Assembly: GCA_963717145.1 (NCBI GenBank) | Contig: OY970325.1 | Span: 3,136,001 to 3,200,000 of the forward strand | Source of the DNA: an uncultured Armatimonadetes bacterium | Lineage (GTDB): Bacteria > Armatimonadota > UBA5829 > DTJY01 | DNA length: 64,000 nt | Direction of reading: 5' to 3' | Shown here: piece after piece, positions 47,093-56,380 of the stretch | How the letters are laid out: every line of letters starts with the position of its first letter | Position numbering within the stretch: position 1 is the first letter of the stretch | Translations under genes and position numbers: made by a program | Notes under the pieces: generated by a model | The model's input: only the letters and a program-made list of their open reading frames with translations | What the model was told of the DNA's origin: nothing | The model's database searches: none

Positions 47093-48239
47093 TTCCCGGA
47101 GTCTGCCATCCGTCCGGGTAGATCAGATACACCGTACCCCAGGAACCGGGGTTCGTCAACCATGCGTATTCGAGTGCCTTGCGACTGTAGACGACCCGGC
47201 CGTTCCGGCCGAGATCGAGCCGCGTGTTCGGGTCGTTCAGGACGCACTCGCCCTCCGGAGTGAACCCGCGCATGACCATCAGGTGGCCCGCGGTCTGTTT
47301 GGTGTCCCTGGCGCGGAGTCTGTTGTAGTCGAGGCTCACAATTACCGGCACGCCTTTCGCTATCCACTCCTCGATCTGGTTGATACCGGTGAACCTGGTG
47401 ACGTATGCGCGCATTCCCTTGAAGCTGCCCGCGTAGGCGGTGTTGAACGGCCAGCAGCCCGTTCCGCCCCAGCCGATGTCGTAGATGCCGTCGACCGCCT
47501 GCTGGACTCCGCACGTCAGTTCCGGCCGGCCGATCTCCTGCGCCCAGTAGCTGAGCACCATGGCCGTCGAGGTCGCGCTGCAGAACCGGTTCCCGTCCGG
47601 CACGCTGAGCTGCGATAACTGCGGGACATCGAGGTCCTTCCCCCAGACGCTCTTCTTCGCGCGGGTGCGGGGCAGCGGAGCTTTGGTGTCGATCACCTGG
47701 ACCGCCAACAGCCGCAGTGTCGGGTAGACCTTGCCGTCCGCCGAGCAGAGTCTGGCCGAGATGCGCACGGCGTTGGCGGGCTTTTTGAGGTTCAGGATAT
47801 CGGCATTCAGCACGGCCATATTGTCGCGCTGTCTCCTCACGGTCATGCGCTTCATCGGGGTATTGTCGCTGTTCCAGATCACGTAGCAGAACCGGCGGCT
47901 CCACACATCCCCGCGACGCGCCTGGACGTATATCCTGATGTAGCTGCCCGACGGCGCCTCGGCATTCCACGAGAGGACCACCTCGTCGAAGTCGAAGCCC
48001 GGCTCGATGTCCCGCGATTCGATTTCCCCCATCGGGATGCCGTGTTCGTCATTCAGAGCGCCGTCCGCCTTGAAGACGACTCCCGACTGCGACGAGTCCC
48101 ACTTCGCCCCCGTGAAGAAAAAGGCCGCGAAGTCCCGTTTCGTCTCGAACTTGATCAGACGCCTCGACGCGCTCGCATCCGCCATCGAGCCGATCATGCT
48201 TAGGGTCAATACTATTGTCATCGCAAGAACAAATCTCAT
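47085..48239 (-). CDS. Exported C39-like cysteine peptidase
   Basis: Signal peptide; VPQLSQ..CSATSTAMVL (Cys), GHLMVMRGF (His), LNDP (Asp). Confidence 0.87.
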   Translation of the reverse strand: MRFVLAMTIVLTLSMIGSMADASASRRLIKFETKRDFAAFFFTGAKWDSSQSGVVFKADGALNDEHGIPMGEIESRDIEPGFDFDEVVLSWNAEAPSGSYIRIYVQARRGDVWSRRFCYVIWNSDNTPMKRMTVRRQRDNMAVLNADILNLKKPANAVRISARLCSADGKVYPTLRLLAVQVIDTKAPLPRTRAKKSVWGKDLDVPQLSQLSVPDGNRFCSATSTAMVLSYWAQEIGRPELTCGVQQAVDGIYDIGWGGTGCWPFNTAYAGSFKGMRAYVTRFTGINQIEEWIAKGVPVIVSLDYNRLRARDTKQTAGHLMVMRGFTPEGECVLNDPNTRLDLGRNGRVVYSRKALEYAWLTNPGSWGTVYLIYPDGWQTPGNG

Positions 48240-48272
48240 GTCAGCGGTTCCTCTCCCATCAACCATTCCCCA

Positions 48273-49259
48273 TCAACCATCAGCCATTCCCCCGTACATC
48301 CCCGCCATGCGCGCGCAGGTCTCCGCAACCGCCGTCCGCAGGCTCTCCGGCTCGACGACCTCCACCCGATCGCCGTAACTCAGTACCCAATGCCTGATCT
48401 CATCGACACCCGCGACCGTCACCTCGAACAGCAGCGATCCGTCCGGCTGAATGGTCTCGGTCTGATTCGGATGGAACTTGCTCCCCTTGATCCACTTGGC
48501 GCAATCCTTGTTGAACCGCAGGACGACGTGCTCAGGCTCGGCGTCGGCCTGAAGCTGCCAACCGCGCACGAGGTACTCCTCGAGGTCGAAATCATTGGGG
48601 TACTTGAAGTGATCGTTCACGAGCCGTATCCCTCGAATGCGGTCCACGCCGAACGTGCGGATGTCCTGTCTCAGGTGGCAGTGGCCGATTACGTACCACG
48701 TCCCGAAGCGGAACGTCAGCCCGTAAGGGTCGACTGTGCGCTTTGTCGTCTCGTCTCTTCCCGGCACGTAATAGGTAAGGTCGAGTGGATTGTGGCCGGA
48801 GATCGCCCTGCTGATCACGTCGAGCGTCTCGGTACTGCAGTCACGGACAAGATCGACGCCGACGGAAACGCGCCTCTTCATCTTGCGGATCGTCGCGCCC
48901 ACCTGATCTGAGAGCAGGGAGTCGATCTTGCGCAGGGCAGTGTGGATGGCGTCGGTCCGCGGCATGCGGATCCGGTCTGCGGCAACGCTACCGGCGAGTA
49001 CGAGCGCGAGCGCCTCGCTCGGGGTGAAGGTCGACGGCAGGAGCCTGAGTTCCTTGACTGCGAATCGCCCGTTGAGGCGTCTGATCGTGCCCCACTGCCG
49101 GAGTATCCGGATGTCGCGCTCGACGGTGGCGCTTCCCACGCCGAACTCGAGTTCCAGTCCTGCAACATCCCACTTCCAGGGGTCTTGTTCGATCATCTGA
49201 AGCGTTTTGATCAGCCGTGCGAATTGCTCTTCGAGTGTCATCTGCAACTCCGGTGTCAT
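48273..49259 (-). CDS. HTH-WYL-WCX transcriptional regulator (YafY/PafBC-like)
   Basis: LEFGVGSATVERDIRIL HTH; RTVDPYGL..WYVIGHCHLRQDIRTFGVDRI; WVLSYGDRVEVVEPESLR. Start uncertain (49259 or 49241). Confidence 0.93.
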   Translation of the reverse strand: MTPELQMTLEEQFARLIKTLQMIEQDPWKWDVAGLELEFGVGSATVERDIRILRQWGTIRRLNGRFAVKELRLLPSTFTPSEALALVLAGSVAADRIRMPRTDAIHTALRKIDSLLSDQVGATIRKMKRRVSVGVDLVRDCSTETLDVISRAISGHNPLDLTYYVPGRDETTKRTVDPYGLTFRFGTWYVIGHCHLRQDIRTFGVDRIRGIRLVNDHFKYPNDFDLEEYLVRGWQLQADAEPEHVVLRFNKDCAKWIKGSKFHPNQTETIQPDGSLLFEVTVAGVDEIRHWVLSYGDRVEVVEPESLRTAVAETCARMAGMYGGMADG

Positions 49260-49350
49260 ACTGAGCAACGAGTAGTGGCCGTGCCTCCGTGCCGGCCTGC
49301 GACGTTGCTGGCCGGCACAGAGGCACGGCCACTACTCGTTGCTCAGTATG
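49257..49350. repeat. GTAG REP-like doublet with 15-bp inverted flank extension
   Basis: CATACTGAGCAACGA-GTAGTGGCCGTGCCTC... / ...GAGGCACGGCCACTAC-TCGTTGCTCAGTATG. Confidence 0.9.
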
Positions 49351-49357
49351 GGAATCC

Positions 49358-49786
49358 CTATTCCTGTGCCCGCGCGATCCGGCGGACGGTGCTGACCGAC
49401 GAGCGCCGGCGGTCGAGCGCCTGGCCGACCTTGATGCTCATAAGGTCATAGACATCCACGCCGGGGATGTTCTTCTCGACGTAATCGAACGCGCCGCGCT
49501 TCATGCACTCGACCGCGTTCGCGACGTTGCCGTATGCGGTGAGGACGATCACTTCGGTGAAGATGTCCTCCGCGGCTGCGGCCTTCAGGACGTTCACCCC
49601 GGCATCGGGGTTCTCCATGACCATGTCGGTCAGGACAACGTCGTAAGTCGGGTCGGCTGCCTGAAGTTTGCCGATCGCCTCCGCCTCGCTCGTCGCCAGG
49701 TCCACCTTCAGGCCGTCTCTCGACAGCCGTCGAGCAACCGCCGCGCGGACTTCTTCTTCATCGTCAACAACAAGAATCTTGCACAA
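49358..49786 (-). CDS. Single-domain response regulator
   Basis: KILVVDDE, VLTDMVM, LTAYG, GAFDYVEK; GGAGGT RBS before TTG. Confidence 0.92.
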   Translation of the reverse strand: MCKILVVDDEEEVRAAVARRLSRDGLKVDLATSEAEAIGKLQAADPTYDVVLTDMVMENPDAGVNVLKAAAAEDIFTEVIVLTAYGNVANAVECMKRGAFDYVEKNIPGVDVYDLMSIKVGQALDRRRSSVSTVRRIARAQE

Positions 49787-49810
49787 ATCGGTAGTACCTC
49801 CTAAGCATAT

Positions 49811-49859
49811 GTCCCGTCGGTCCCATACGTCCCATGGGACGTATGGGACATATGGGACG
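49811..49859. repeat. Nonamer tandem inverted repeat
   Basis: GTCCCGTCG GTCCCATAC GTCCCAT / GGGACGTAT GGGACATAT GGGAC. Confidence 0.8.
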
Positions 49860-49869
49860 GATGAAAACC

Positions 49870-51618
49870 CTATCCCGCCACCGGGAGCATGATCACGAAC
49901 CGCGCGCCGGACCTCTCTTGGCCGCACTCGCAGATTCCGCCCCGGTGCGCCTCCACGATTCCCTTCACGATCGAGAGCCCGAGGCCCATGCCCTTCGCCC
50001 GCGACGTGAAAAATGGGGTGAATATCTTCTCTTTGCTCTCCTGCGGAACACCCGGGCCGGCATCGGCGAGTTCTATCTTAACATAATCCTGCTTGCCAGA
50101 CAGCCCGCAGAGCGCCCGAGCCTCCTTGCCCGCCGCCCGGCTGGTGCTGACTCGAAGCAGCCCGCCGCCCTCCTGGAAGCTGATCGCGTTCTCGATCAAC
50201 TCCGCGAACGACCGCTTGAGTTTCGCCGGATCCGCCACGATATGCGGCAGGTCGGAAGCCAGATCGACCTCCAACTGCACAGGACACCGCTTTGGGAACG
50301 ACTCCTCGACCGCCTGACGCACGATCTCACTGATGTCATGTTCGCCAAGAGACAGTGAGGTCGCCATGACGAAGTCGCGGAACTCCATGAGTATCTCTTC
50401 CAGGCGGAAGACGCCGTTCTTGATGCTCTCGACAAGCGCCTTGAGCTGCTCGCGATCGACCTCAGACTGCCCGAGCCCGTACTCGAGTTCGTTCAGATCG
50501 CCCTTGATGGCGAAAACCCTGTTGCCGATCATGTGCGCCGACCGCGCGGACATCTCGCCCCATGCCGCCATCCGCTCGGCATTGACCACGCGATCCATCA
50601 GTCGAAGGCTCTGGACCGCCGCTCCGACCTGGCTCGCAATGCTCTGGAGGACGCACTCATCGTCGGAGCTAAACTCGTTGCGGAACCAGGGGAACTTGCT
50701 CCGACGGCGAAGGACCCTCAGCACGCCAATGATCCCCTGCCGGCTCTCGATCGGCACTCCGAGGTACGCTCGTGTCTCCTCGGCCGGATACTCCTGGTGC
50801 AGCCCTCGCCATCGCGAATCATTCAGGGGGTCTGTCGTTCGGATCGGGACACCATGCTCCGCGATCCATCCTGTCAGCCCCTCGCCGACCTTGTATGTTG
50901 CGCTTCCGGCCTTCTCGTTGAGCCGCCCGCGCGACGCCTGCAGAGTGAGCGTCTGACGATCGGCATCGAGCAGGAAGAGCGAGCAATCCTCGAACCGAAG
51001 GACCTCGGCGGCGACCTTGATGACTTTGGCGACGAGCGATGCGATGTCCCGACTGGCGGCCAGTTCGGTGCCGATCTCGACGAACGCGCGCTCCCGGGAC
51101 CGATGCTCATCGAGAGCAATGCCGGCGCCGGCGACATTGGCGATGACCCGAAGGCACTCCTGATGCCACTCCTCGAAGGCGTCGTTGCTCGGGCTCTCCA
51201 CATTGATGACGCCGCGAGTCCGTCCCTGCGCATCGAGGATCGGGACGGCGATCTCGCTGCGGACATCCGGGAAGTACGGGAGGTAATAGGAGTCGTGATC
51301 GACATCGCCCGTGCGGTAAGGCTTACCGGTGGCGGCGACGTATGTGGTGATGCCTGTGCCTTCGCCGGTATGGAGTTCGAGGCGACGGAGCTTTATTTCG
51401 TCGTTCCAGCCCTCACCGGTGACACTCTGGATGACGAGCTGCCCGCTGTCGAAGTCGACCAGCGCGACAAACCCGCGATTGCCGTTGACTGCCCGGACGC
51501 CCCGCTCTAGCAAATCCTGGAGCAGCTTGGAGAGGTCGGTAGTCGAGGTCGCCAGCGCCATCACGTCAACCATGAGCGAAAGCTCCGGCAAGCTGGACCG
51601 TCCGGGAGTCGGTTGCAT
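49870..51618 (-). CDS. Cytoplasmic GAF-GAF sensor histidine kinase
   Basis: Two GAF domains (VRSEIAVPI; YLGVPI); ERMAAWGEMSARSAHMIGN H-box; ELIENA, DAGPGV, FFTSRAKGMGLGL. Confidence 0.93.
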   Translation of the reverse strand: MQPTPGRSSLPELSLMVDVMALATSTTDLSKLLQDLLERGVRAVNGNRGFVALVDFDSGQLVIQSVTGEGWNDEIKLRRLELHTGEGTGITTYVAATGKPYRTGDVDHDSYYLPYFPDVRSEIAVPILDAQGRTRGVINVESPSNDAFEEWHQECLRVIANVAGAGIALDEHRSRERAFVEIGTELAASRDIASLVAKVIKVAAEVLRFEDCSLFLLDADRQTLTLQASRGRLNEKAGSATYKVGEGLTGWIAEHGVPIRTTDPLNDSRWRGLHQEYPAEETRAYLGVPIESRQGIIGVLRVLRRRSKFPWFRNEFSSDDECVLQSIASQVGAAVQSLRLMDRVVNAERMAAWGEMSARSAHMIGNRVFAIKGDLNELEYGLGQSEVDREQLKALVESIKNGVFRLEEILMEFRDFVMATSLSLGEHDISEIVRQAVEESFPKRCPVQLEVDLASDLPHIVADPAKLKRSFAELIENAISFQEGGGLLRVSTSRAAGKEARALCGLSGKQDYVKIELADAGPGVPQESKEKIFTPFFTSRAKGMGLGLSIVKGIVEAHRGGICECGQERSGARFVIMLPVAG

Positions 51619-51624
51619 TATCGT

Positions 51625-52044
51625 CTAACCCTTGGCTGTTTCGTTCGGCTTCGGCTCGCACGGCTCGGCGAGCACATCCTCGTAATCCGGCCCGGTGTGG
51701 TAGATCGTGGTGAAAGCTATCTGGCCGATGATCGGCAGCTTATGCTCTTCCCCGTAGTAGACCCTGACCATCATGTAACACGCGAACACAAACGCGATCC
51801 CACCAGGCACCCACCAGAAGAACTTGTTCAGCATGGGAATCCATACCACTGCCGCCTGCAGGCAAAGAAGCAGACCGAACGCCAGCATGGACTGGATGCA
51901 ATGGTACTTCACGAAGCTGCTGCGCTTTTCGATCAGCAGGATGATGATGCTGAGCGGCCCCAGATAGGCTGCAGCCGCGACGAAATTCTCTTCGACCCCA
52001 AGACTCGACAGGCCGTCGTGCTCCATGATTATTCGATCCCCCAT
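51625..52044 (-). CDS. DUF4870-like membrane protein
   Basis: LGVEENFVAAAAYL..IILLIEKRSSFVKYHCIQS..Y.GEEHKLPIIG. Confidence 0.82.
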   Translation of the reverse strand: MGDRIIMEHDGLSSLGVEENFVAAAAYLGPLSIIILLIEKRSSFVKYHCIQSMLAFGLLLCLQAAVVWIPMLNKFFWWVPGGIAFVFACYMMVRVYYGEEHKLPIIGQIAFTTIYHTGPDYEDVLAEPCEPKPNETAKG

Positions 52045-52169
52045 CAGGCAAGTGTTAGTCGGGCAGGCGTACTATGCGCGTGCCTATGGTGTATATTCCA
52101 CTTTAGTGTAGCACATGAAGCCTCGGAATTTCAAGCCTCAGCCGTCCCAGAACCTGTGCCAAGAGCCCA

Positions 52170-52286
52170 CACCGTCAGTCCTGAGTGCGCCGGTGAATGA
52201 CGGCGTGTATCGAAGGACGGCTCGGTGGAGTAAGGCCGTCCTTCGATACACGCCGTCATTCACCGGCGCACTCAGGACTGACGGTG
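52170..52286. repeat. Perfect 52-bp-arm palindrome with a 13-nt loop
   Basis: CACCGTCAGTCCTGAGTGCGCCGGTGAATGACGGCGTGTATCGAAGGACGGC (52170-52221) and its exact reverse complement (52235-52286). Confidence 0.95.
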
Positions 52287-52366
52287 GTTTCTCACGGAAA
52301 CAACCGCATACAGTGCAGTCACATGCTCAGAATGACACATCTGGTGGATCCAGCTACCGTGAAACC

Positions 52367-54682
52367 CTACTTCTCCTCGATCGCGATCTCCTCGCCACAC
52401 CGCACGGATACCGGCTTCATGTGCAGGTACGCATCGAGCGAGAACCAGGCGAGAGGCAATGCGCCGAACACGATGAGGATCGTGTCCGGGATCGCGCGCA
52501 GGCTGCCCAGCAGTTGGATGATCGGTCGGTTGAAGAACTCGGCGCTCTTCGCGAGCCACATCCCCTCGGTGTAGGAGGTAACGAACTGCATGATCCCCAT
52601 CGGCAGCAGCGACATGATGAACATCAGGAACAGCCCGCCATTCAGCCCCCAGAACGAGAGCTTCAGCCACCCGTCCTTCCAGTGCGCCGGATCGACGAGT
52701 CCGCGCCAGACGAAGAGCACCAGCGCGATCGCCAGCATCCCGTACACCCCGAACAGCGCTGTGTGCCCGTGGTTCGAGGTCAGGTAGGTCGCGTGCTCGT
52801 AGTAGTTCACTATCGGCAGGTTGATCATGAAGCCGAAGACGCCCGCGCCGAGGAAGTTCCAGAACGCCGACGCCACCAGGAAGAAGAGCGGCCATCGGTA
52901 TGGGAAGTCGACTCCCGCATCATTGATCGCCTTGTACTCCATCCATCCCCGTGACGCCAGCATGATCAGCGGTATCGGCTCGAGCGAGGAGAAGACCGCC
53001 CCCAGACCGATCCAGAACGTCGCTTGCCCGAACCAGAAGTAATGATGCGACATCCCGATGATCCCTCCCGCGAAGGAGAGGATCGCCGTCAAGAGCGCCG
53101 CTCTCACGGCCGATTCCCTCGTCACCAGCCCGAGAGTGACGAAGAGAAGCGCCGCCGTTGCGACCGCGAAGAACTCGAAGATTCCCTCGACCCATATGTG
53201 GACGACGAACCATCGCCAGTAGTCGGCGATACTCAGGTGAGTATGCTGATTGTACATCAGCCCGAATCCGAAGAACACGACGACCAGGACGATCGACAGC
53301 AGGTAGAGATTCGTCAAGCCGAGTGTATGCGCTTCCGCCTGCCGTCCGCGCAAACCTCGCCATGATATGAAGATCCATCCGATCAGGCCGACGAAGAGGA
53401 GTATCTGCCACAGCCGCCCGAGTTCCAGGAACTCCCATCCCTGGTGGCCGAGCCAGAACCACAGCGTGCCGGGCAGCTTCCCCATGATCGAGAGCGCCTC
53501 GCCCGTGAGGCTGCCGACTGCCACTATCAGTATCGCGCCGAAGAGGATGTTTACCAGCAGGCCCTGTTTCTTCGGCTCACGACGACTGATCAGGGGGGCG
53601 ATGTAGAGCGCCGATGCCACCCATGCCACAGCGATCCAGAAGATCCCGAGCTGCAGGTGCCAGCTCTTGGCCAGGCTGAACGGGATCCACTTCGCGATGG
53701 ACTTATAGAAGAACGATGCGGGATGCACCGTATAGTGCGCGAGCAGCCCTCCGTTCAGGATCTGGGCGATGAACAACGCCACCACCACCCCCAGGAACTT
53801 CCCGACGGCCCGCTGACTGACGGTGATCGGTGCATGGCAGATACGCTGGGAGAGGTGTACGAGGCTCTCCTCAGTGATGAAGAACCTGTAGCGGTGGACG
53901 ATGTAGATCATGAGGCCGAGCACAAGGAAGAGCGAGAGTATCCCCCCAAAGCTCCAGAGGAGCGCCTCGTTCGGGGCGACGTTGCCGACACTGCGGTCAG
54001 GCGGCCAGTTGTTCGTATAGGTTAGGGTCTTGCCCGGCTGCCTCGTGCCCGCGGCCCAGGCAGTCCAGTAGAAGAACGATGCGATCTGCCGGCGTTCCTC
54101 CGGGGTCTTAACGGTGTCCGGCAGGAAGCCATGACTTTGGTCGCCATCGTGGAACACGTTCTCCCAATACCGCTGAACGCTGCGGAAAGCATACGCCTGA
54201 TCGAAGCCCAGCGTGATGTCGCCTGTCGCCGGATCGTAGGTGTTCTTCTTGATGCGCGAGGTGACGACGGCATCCACGATGGCGCGGTCCTCCTCGGCCA
54301 GGTCACTGTAATCGCCTGTATAGCGTGCCCCTGTGACGACGTCCCTGATCTGCACGCCGATCATATGCAGGGTATGCGCGGAGAAGTCCATCCCCCTCAA
54401 TGAGCCGTGGCCCCAGACGCTCCCATGGTCCATCAGCCCGTACTTCTGGAATACCTGCTGCCCGGCCATGATGTCGGCACGGGTTGTCAGCACTTCGCCC
54501 CCGGCCATGATCCTCTCCGGGTAGGGAGGAACCATCCTCGCATTTGGCGCGCTGCCGATCAACACTACCAGTAGAGGGATGACGAATGCCGCCACGAACC
54601 CCCACGTCAGCAGTTTGGATATCGGTTTTCGCTGGCGAGTGCGTCCCGGCTCGTGCGCCGGCTCGGGTACTTCTCGGTCCAT
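52367..54682 (-). CDS. norB: Quinol-dependent nitric oxide reductase (qNor)
   Basis: GSVWGHG, YTNNWP, WHLQLGIFW, EFLELGRLWQ, WRWFVVHIWVEGIFEFF, GMSHHY, SLEPIPL, NHGHTALFGVYG. Confidence 0.95.
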   Translation of the reverse strand: MDREVPEPAHEPGRTRQRKPISKLLTWGFVAAFVIPLLVVLIGSAPNARMVPPYPERIMAGGEVLTTRADIMAGQQVFQKYGLMDHGSVWGHGSLRGMDFSAHTLHMIGVQIRDVVTGARYTGDYSDLAEEDRAIVDAVVTSRIKKNTYDPATGDITLGFDQAYAFRSVQRYWENVFHDGDQSHGFLPDTVKTPEERRQIASFFYWTAWAAGTRQPGKTLTYTNNWPPDRSVGNVAPNEALLWSFGGILSLFLVLGLMIYIVHRYRFFITEESLVHLSQRICHAPITVSQRAVGKFLGVVVALFIAQILNGGLLAHYTVHPASFFYKSIAKWIPFSLAKSWHLQLGIFWIAVAWVASALYIAPLISRREPKKQGLLVNILFGAILIVAVGSLTGEALSIMGKLPGTLWFWLGHQGWEFLELGRLWQILLFVGLIGWIFISWRGLRGRQAEAHTLGLTNLYLLSIVLVVVFFGFGLMYNQHTHLSIADYWRWFVVHIWVEGIFEFFAVATAALLFVTLGLVTRESAVRAALLTAILSFAGGIIGMSHHYFWFGQATFWIGLGAVFSSLEPIPLIMLASRGWMEYKAINDAGVDFPYRWPLFFLVASAFWNFLGAGVFGFMINLPIVNYYEHATYLTSNHGHTALFGVYGMLAIALVLFVWRGLVDPAHWKDGWLKLSFWGLNGGLFLMFIMSLLPMGIMQFVTSYTEGMWLAKSAEFFNRPIIQLLGSLRAIPDTILIVFGALPLAWFSLDAYLHMKPVSVRCGEEIAIEEK

Positions 54683-54780
54683 TGTGGTAACCCTCCTGCC
54701 GTACAGTCGAATGGTGTAAGGGGCTTATCACCGTGCAGGTTACCCAGTCTCCAACCTGCGGAGAACATCGTGATAACCAC

Positions 54781-55476
54781 CTACATCAGCCCCCGCTCCT
54801 TTAGGCTCACCCAGCGCCCGTCGCCGATGATCATGTGATCGAGCACCTGGATGCCGATGTATTCGCCGGCCTGCGCCAGACGCTTGGTGATCGTGATATC
54901 CTCCCTGGAGGGAGTCGGGTCGCCCGAGGGATGATTGTGCGCCACGATCACCGAGGCGGCATTCCATCCCAGCGCCTCTCGGAACAGCTCTCTCGGACTG
55001 ATCAGGCTCGCATCGAGGGTGCCGACCGTAATCGTGGCGATCTTCAACACCTCGCACTTGAGGTTGAGAAACATGCCCTTGAACCGCTCCTGACTCTGGT
55101 CGCGGAGTTCCGGCATAAGGAGGTCGACGGCGTCTTGCGGCTCCCGGATCTTGGGCCGCGACTCACCCACGCTTGCGGCCAGGCGCTTACCTAGTTCGAC
55201 CATCGCCTGGATCTGCGCTCCCTTTGCCTCCCCCAGCCCCTTGATCTTGCTCAGGTCCGAGATGCTCGCAGTAGCGATACCTCGTAGCCCATCGAACCTG
55301 CCAAGCATGTGCTCCGCGAGACCGACAGCCGAATACTCCGGCGTACCGACGCGCAGAATGATCCCGAGAAGCTCGGCATTCGACAGGGCCTCCGGACCGT
55401 ATTTCAGGAGTCGCTCTCTCGGCCGCTCGTCCACCGGGAGTTCCTTGATTGTGAGGGTGTATCGCTCGTTTGCCAT
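54781..55476 (-). CDS. radC: RadC (JAB domain) protein
   Basis: ERPRERLLKYGPEALSNAELL, KGLGEAK, AHNHPSGDPTPSREDI, VLDHMIIG. Confidence 0.96.
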   Translation of the reverse strand: MANERYTLTIKELPVDERPRERLLKYGPEALSNAELLGIILRVGTPEYSAVGLAEHMLGRFDGLRGIATASISDLSKIKGLGEAKGAQIQAMVELGKRLAASVGESRPKIREPQDAVDLLMPELRDQSQERFKGMFLNLKCEVLKIATITVGTLDASLISPRELFREALGWNAASVIVAHNHPSGDPTPSREDITITKRLAQAGEYIGIQVLDHMIIGDGRWVSLKERGLM

Positions 55477-55480
55477 GTGG

Positions 55481-56237
55481 TTACTTGACGGTCAGTCTGA
55501 GCTTCATCCAGCCCATGCCGGTGCCGGGGAAGGGCGAGGAAGGCCACTCGCCGTAGTCGAGCACCTGCACATCGAAACTCATTCCGGCGGCGGATGCCGT
55601 CCACGATTGGCCCTTCGTGGTCTTATCGGAGTAGATCAGCGCCACTCGCTCGAACTTGCTGTCCGAAGGCTTGTCCGGCCGAGCAAGGACATGCACCTCG
55701 AGCGCATTTCCCTTCGCGCCCGCCGAGGTGACCGTGCCGAAGGTCAGATTCGCCTTCTGCCGACCACCCTCAGTGAGACTGACCATAAACATGCTCGGCG
55801 GGAAGTAGAGCAGAGTCACCGGCTTTCCATTGGCTTCGATCTTCGCCGGCGAGCCCTCAAAGTACTTGGCGTCATGGGCATTGATGTTGGCGCTCGGCAG
55901 ACGGGCTCTGAGGCTGAACGTCCTCCGTTGGCGCGGGTTTCGGCTTGGCCGGCTTGTCGGCTGTGGGTTTCACGGATGCCTTCGTGGTGTTGGCGGACTT
56001 GGGAGCCGGGGCGGGCGTCTTGTCCGGCGTCTTTTCCGGCTTCTTGTCCGGCGTCTTCGCGGCGACTGGCTTCTCGGTGGTGACCGGCTTCTCCGTGGCT
56101 ACCACCTGCTCCTCCGGCTGCACGTTGCGCGACACCGGGACGGCTTTCTTGCCGCATCCCTGCACTGTGAAGACGGTGGCCAACACGGCGCATACAATCC
56201 CGACGATGCCGATTGCTCTCATGATTCGTGTCATCAT
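55481..56237 (-). CDS. Hypothetical lipoprotein with Pro/Lys/Thr-rich linker (frameshift near 55900)
   Basis: Lipobox VQGC and a TEKPV/KTPDK linker (ORF 55872-56312) continue in the frame of ORF 55481-55819 as PSANINAHDAKYFEG... Confidence 0.65.
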
Positions 56238-56262
56238 ACTCTCCAGTTCATTCGGTACGTTC

Positions 56263-56326
56263 GGTATACCATCTAGGCGCAGGATTGTCAACAAGGGTTG
56301 ACTATCCTGCAAGCCGAACCTACAAT
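56263..56326. promoter_or_regulatory. Back-to-back divergent sigma70 promoters
   Basis: Minus: TTGACA(56291-56286)-17-TATACC. Plus: TTGACT(56298-56303)-17-TACAAT. Confidence 0.65.
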
Positions 56327-56380
56327 ATAGGCAGGACAGAGCTACCCAGTGTCCGAATGAGGGCGCAGGAGGAGAATGGG

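Noticed and set aside
52367-54682. NO dismutase (Nod) instead of qNor
   Set aside because: The His pair (SHHY), HIWVE and the downstream Glu (SLEP) are canonical; the substitutions expected for Nod are not seen.
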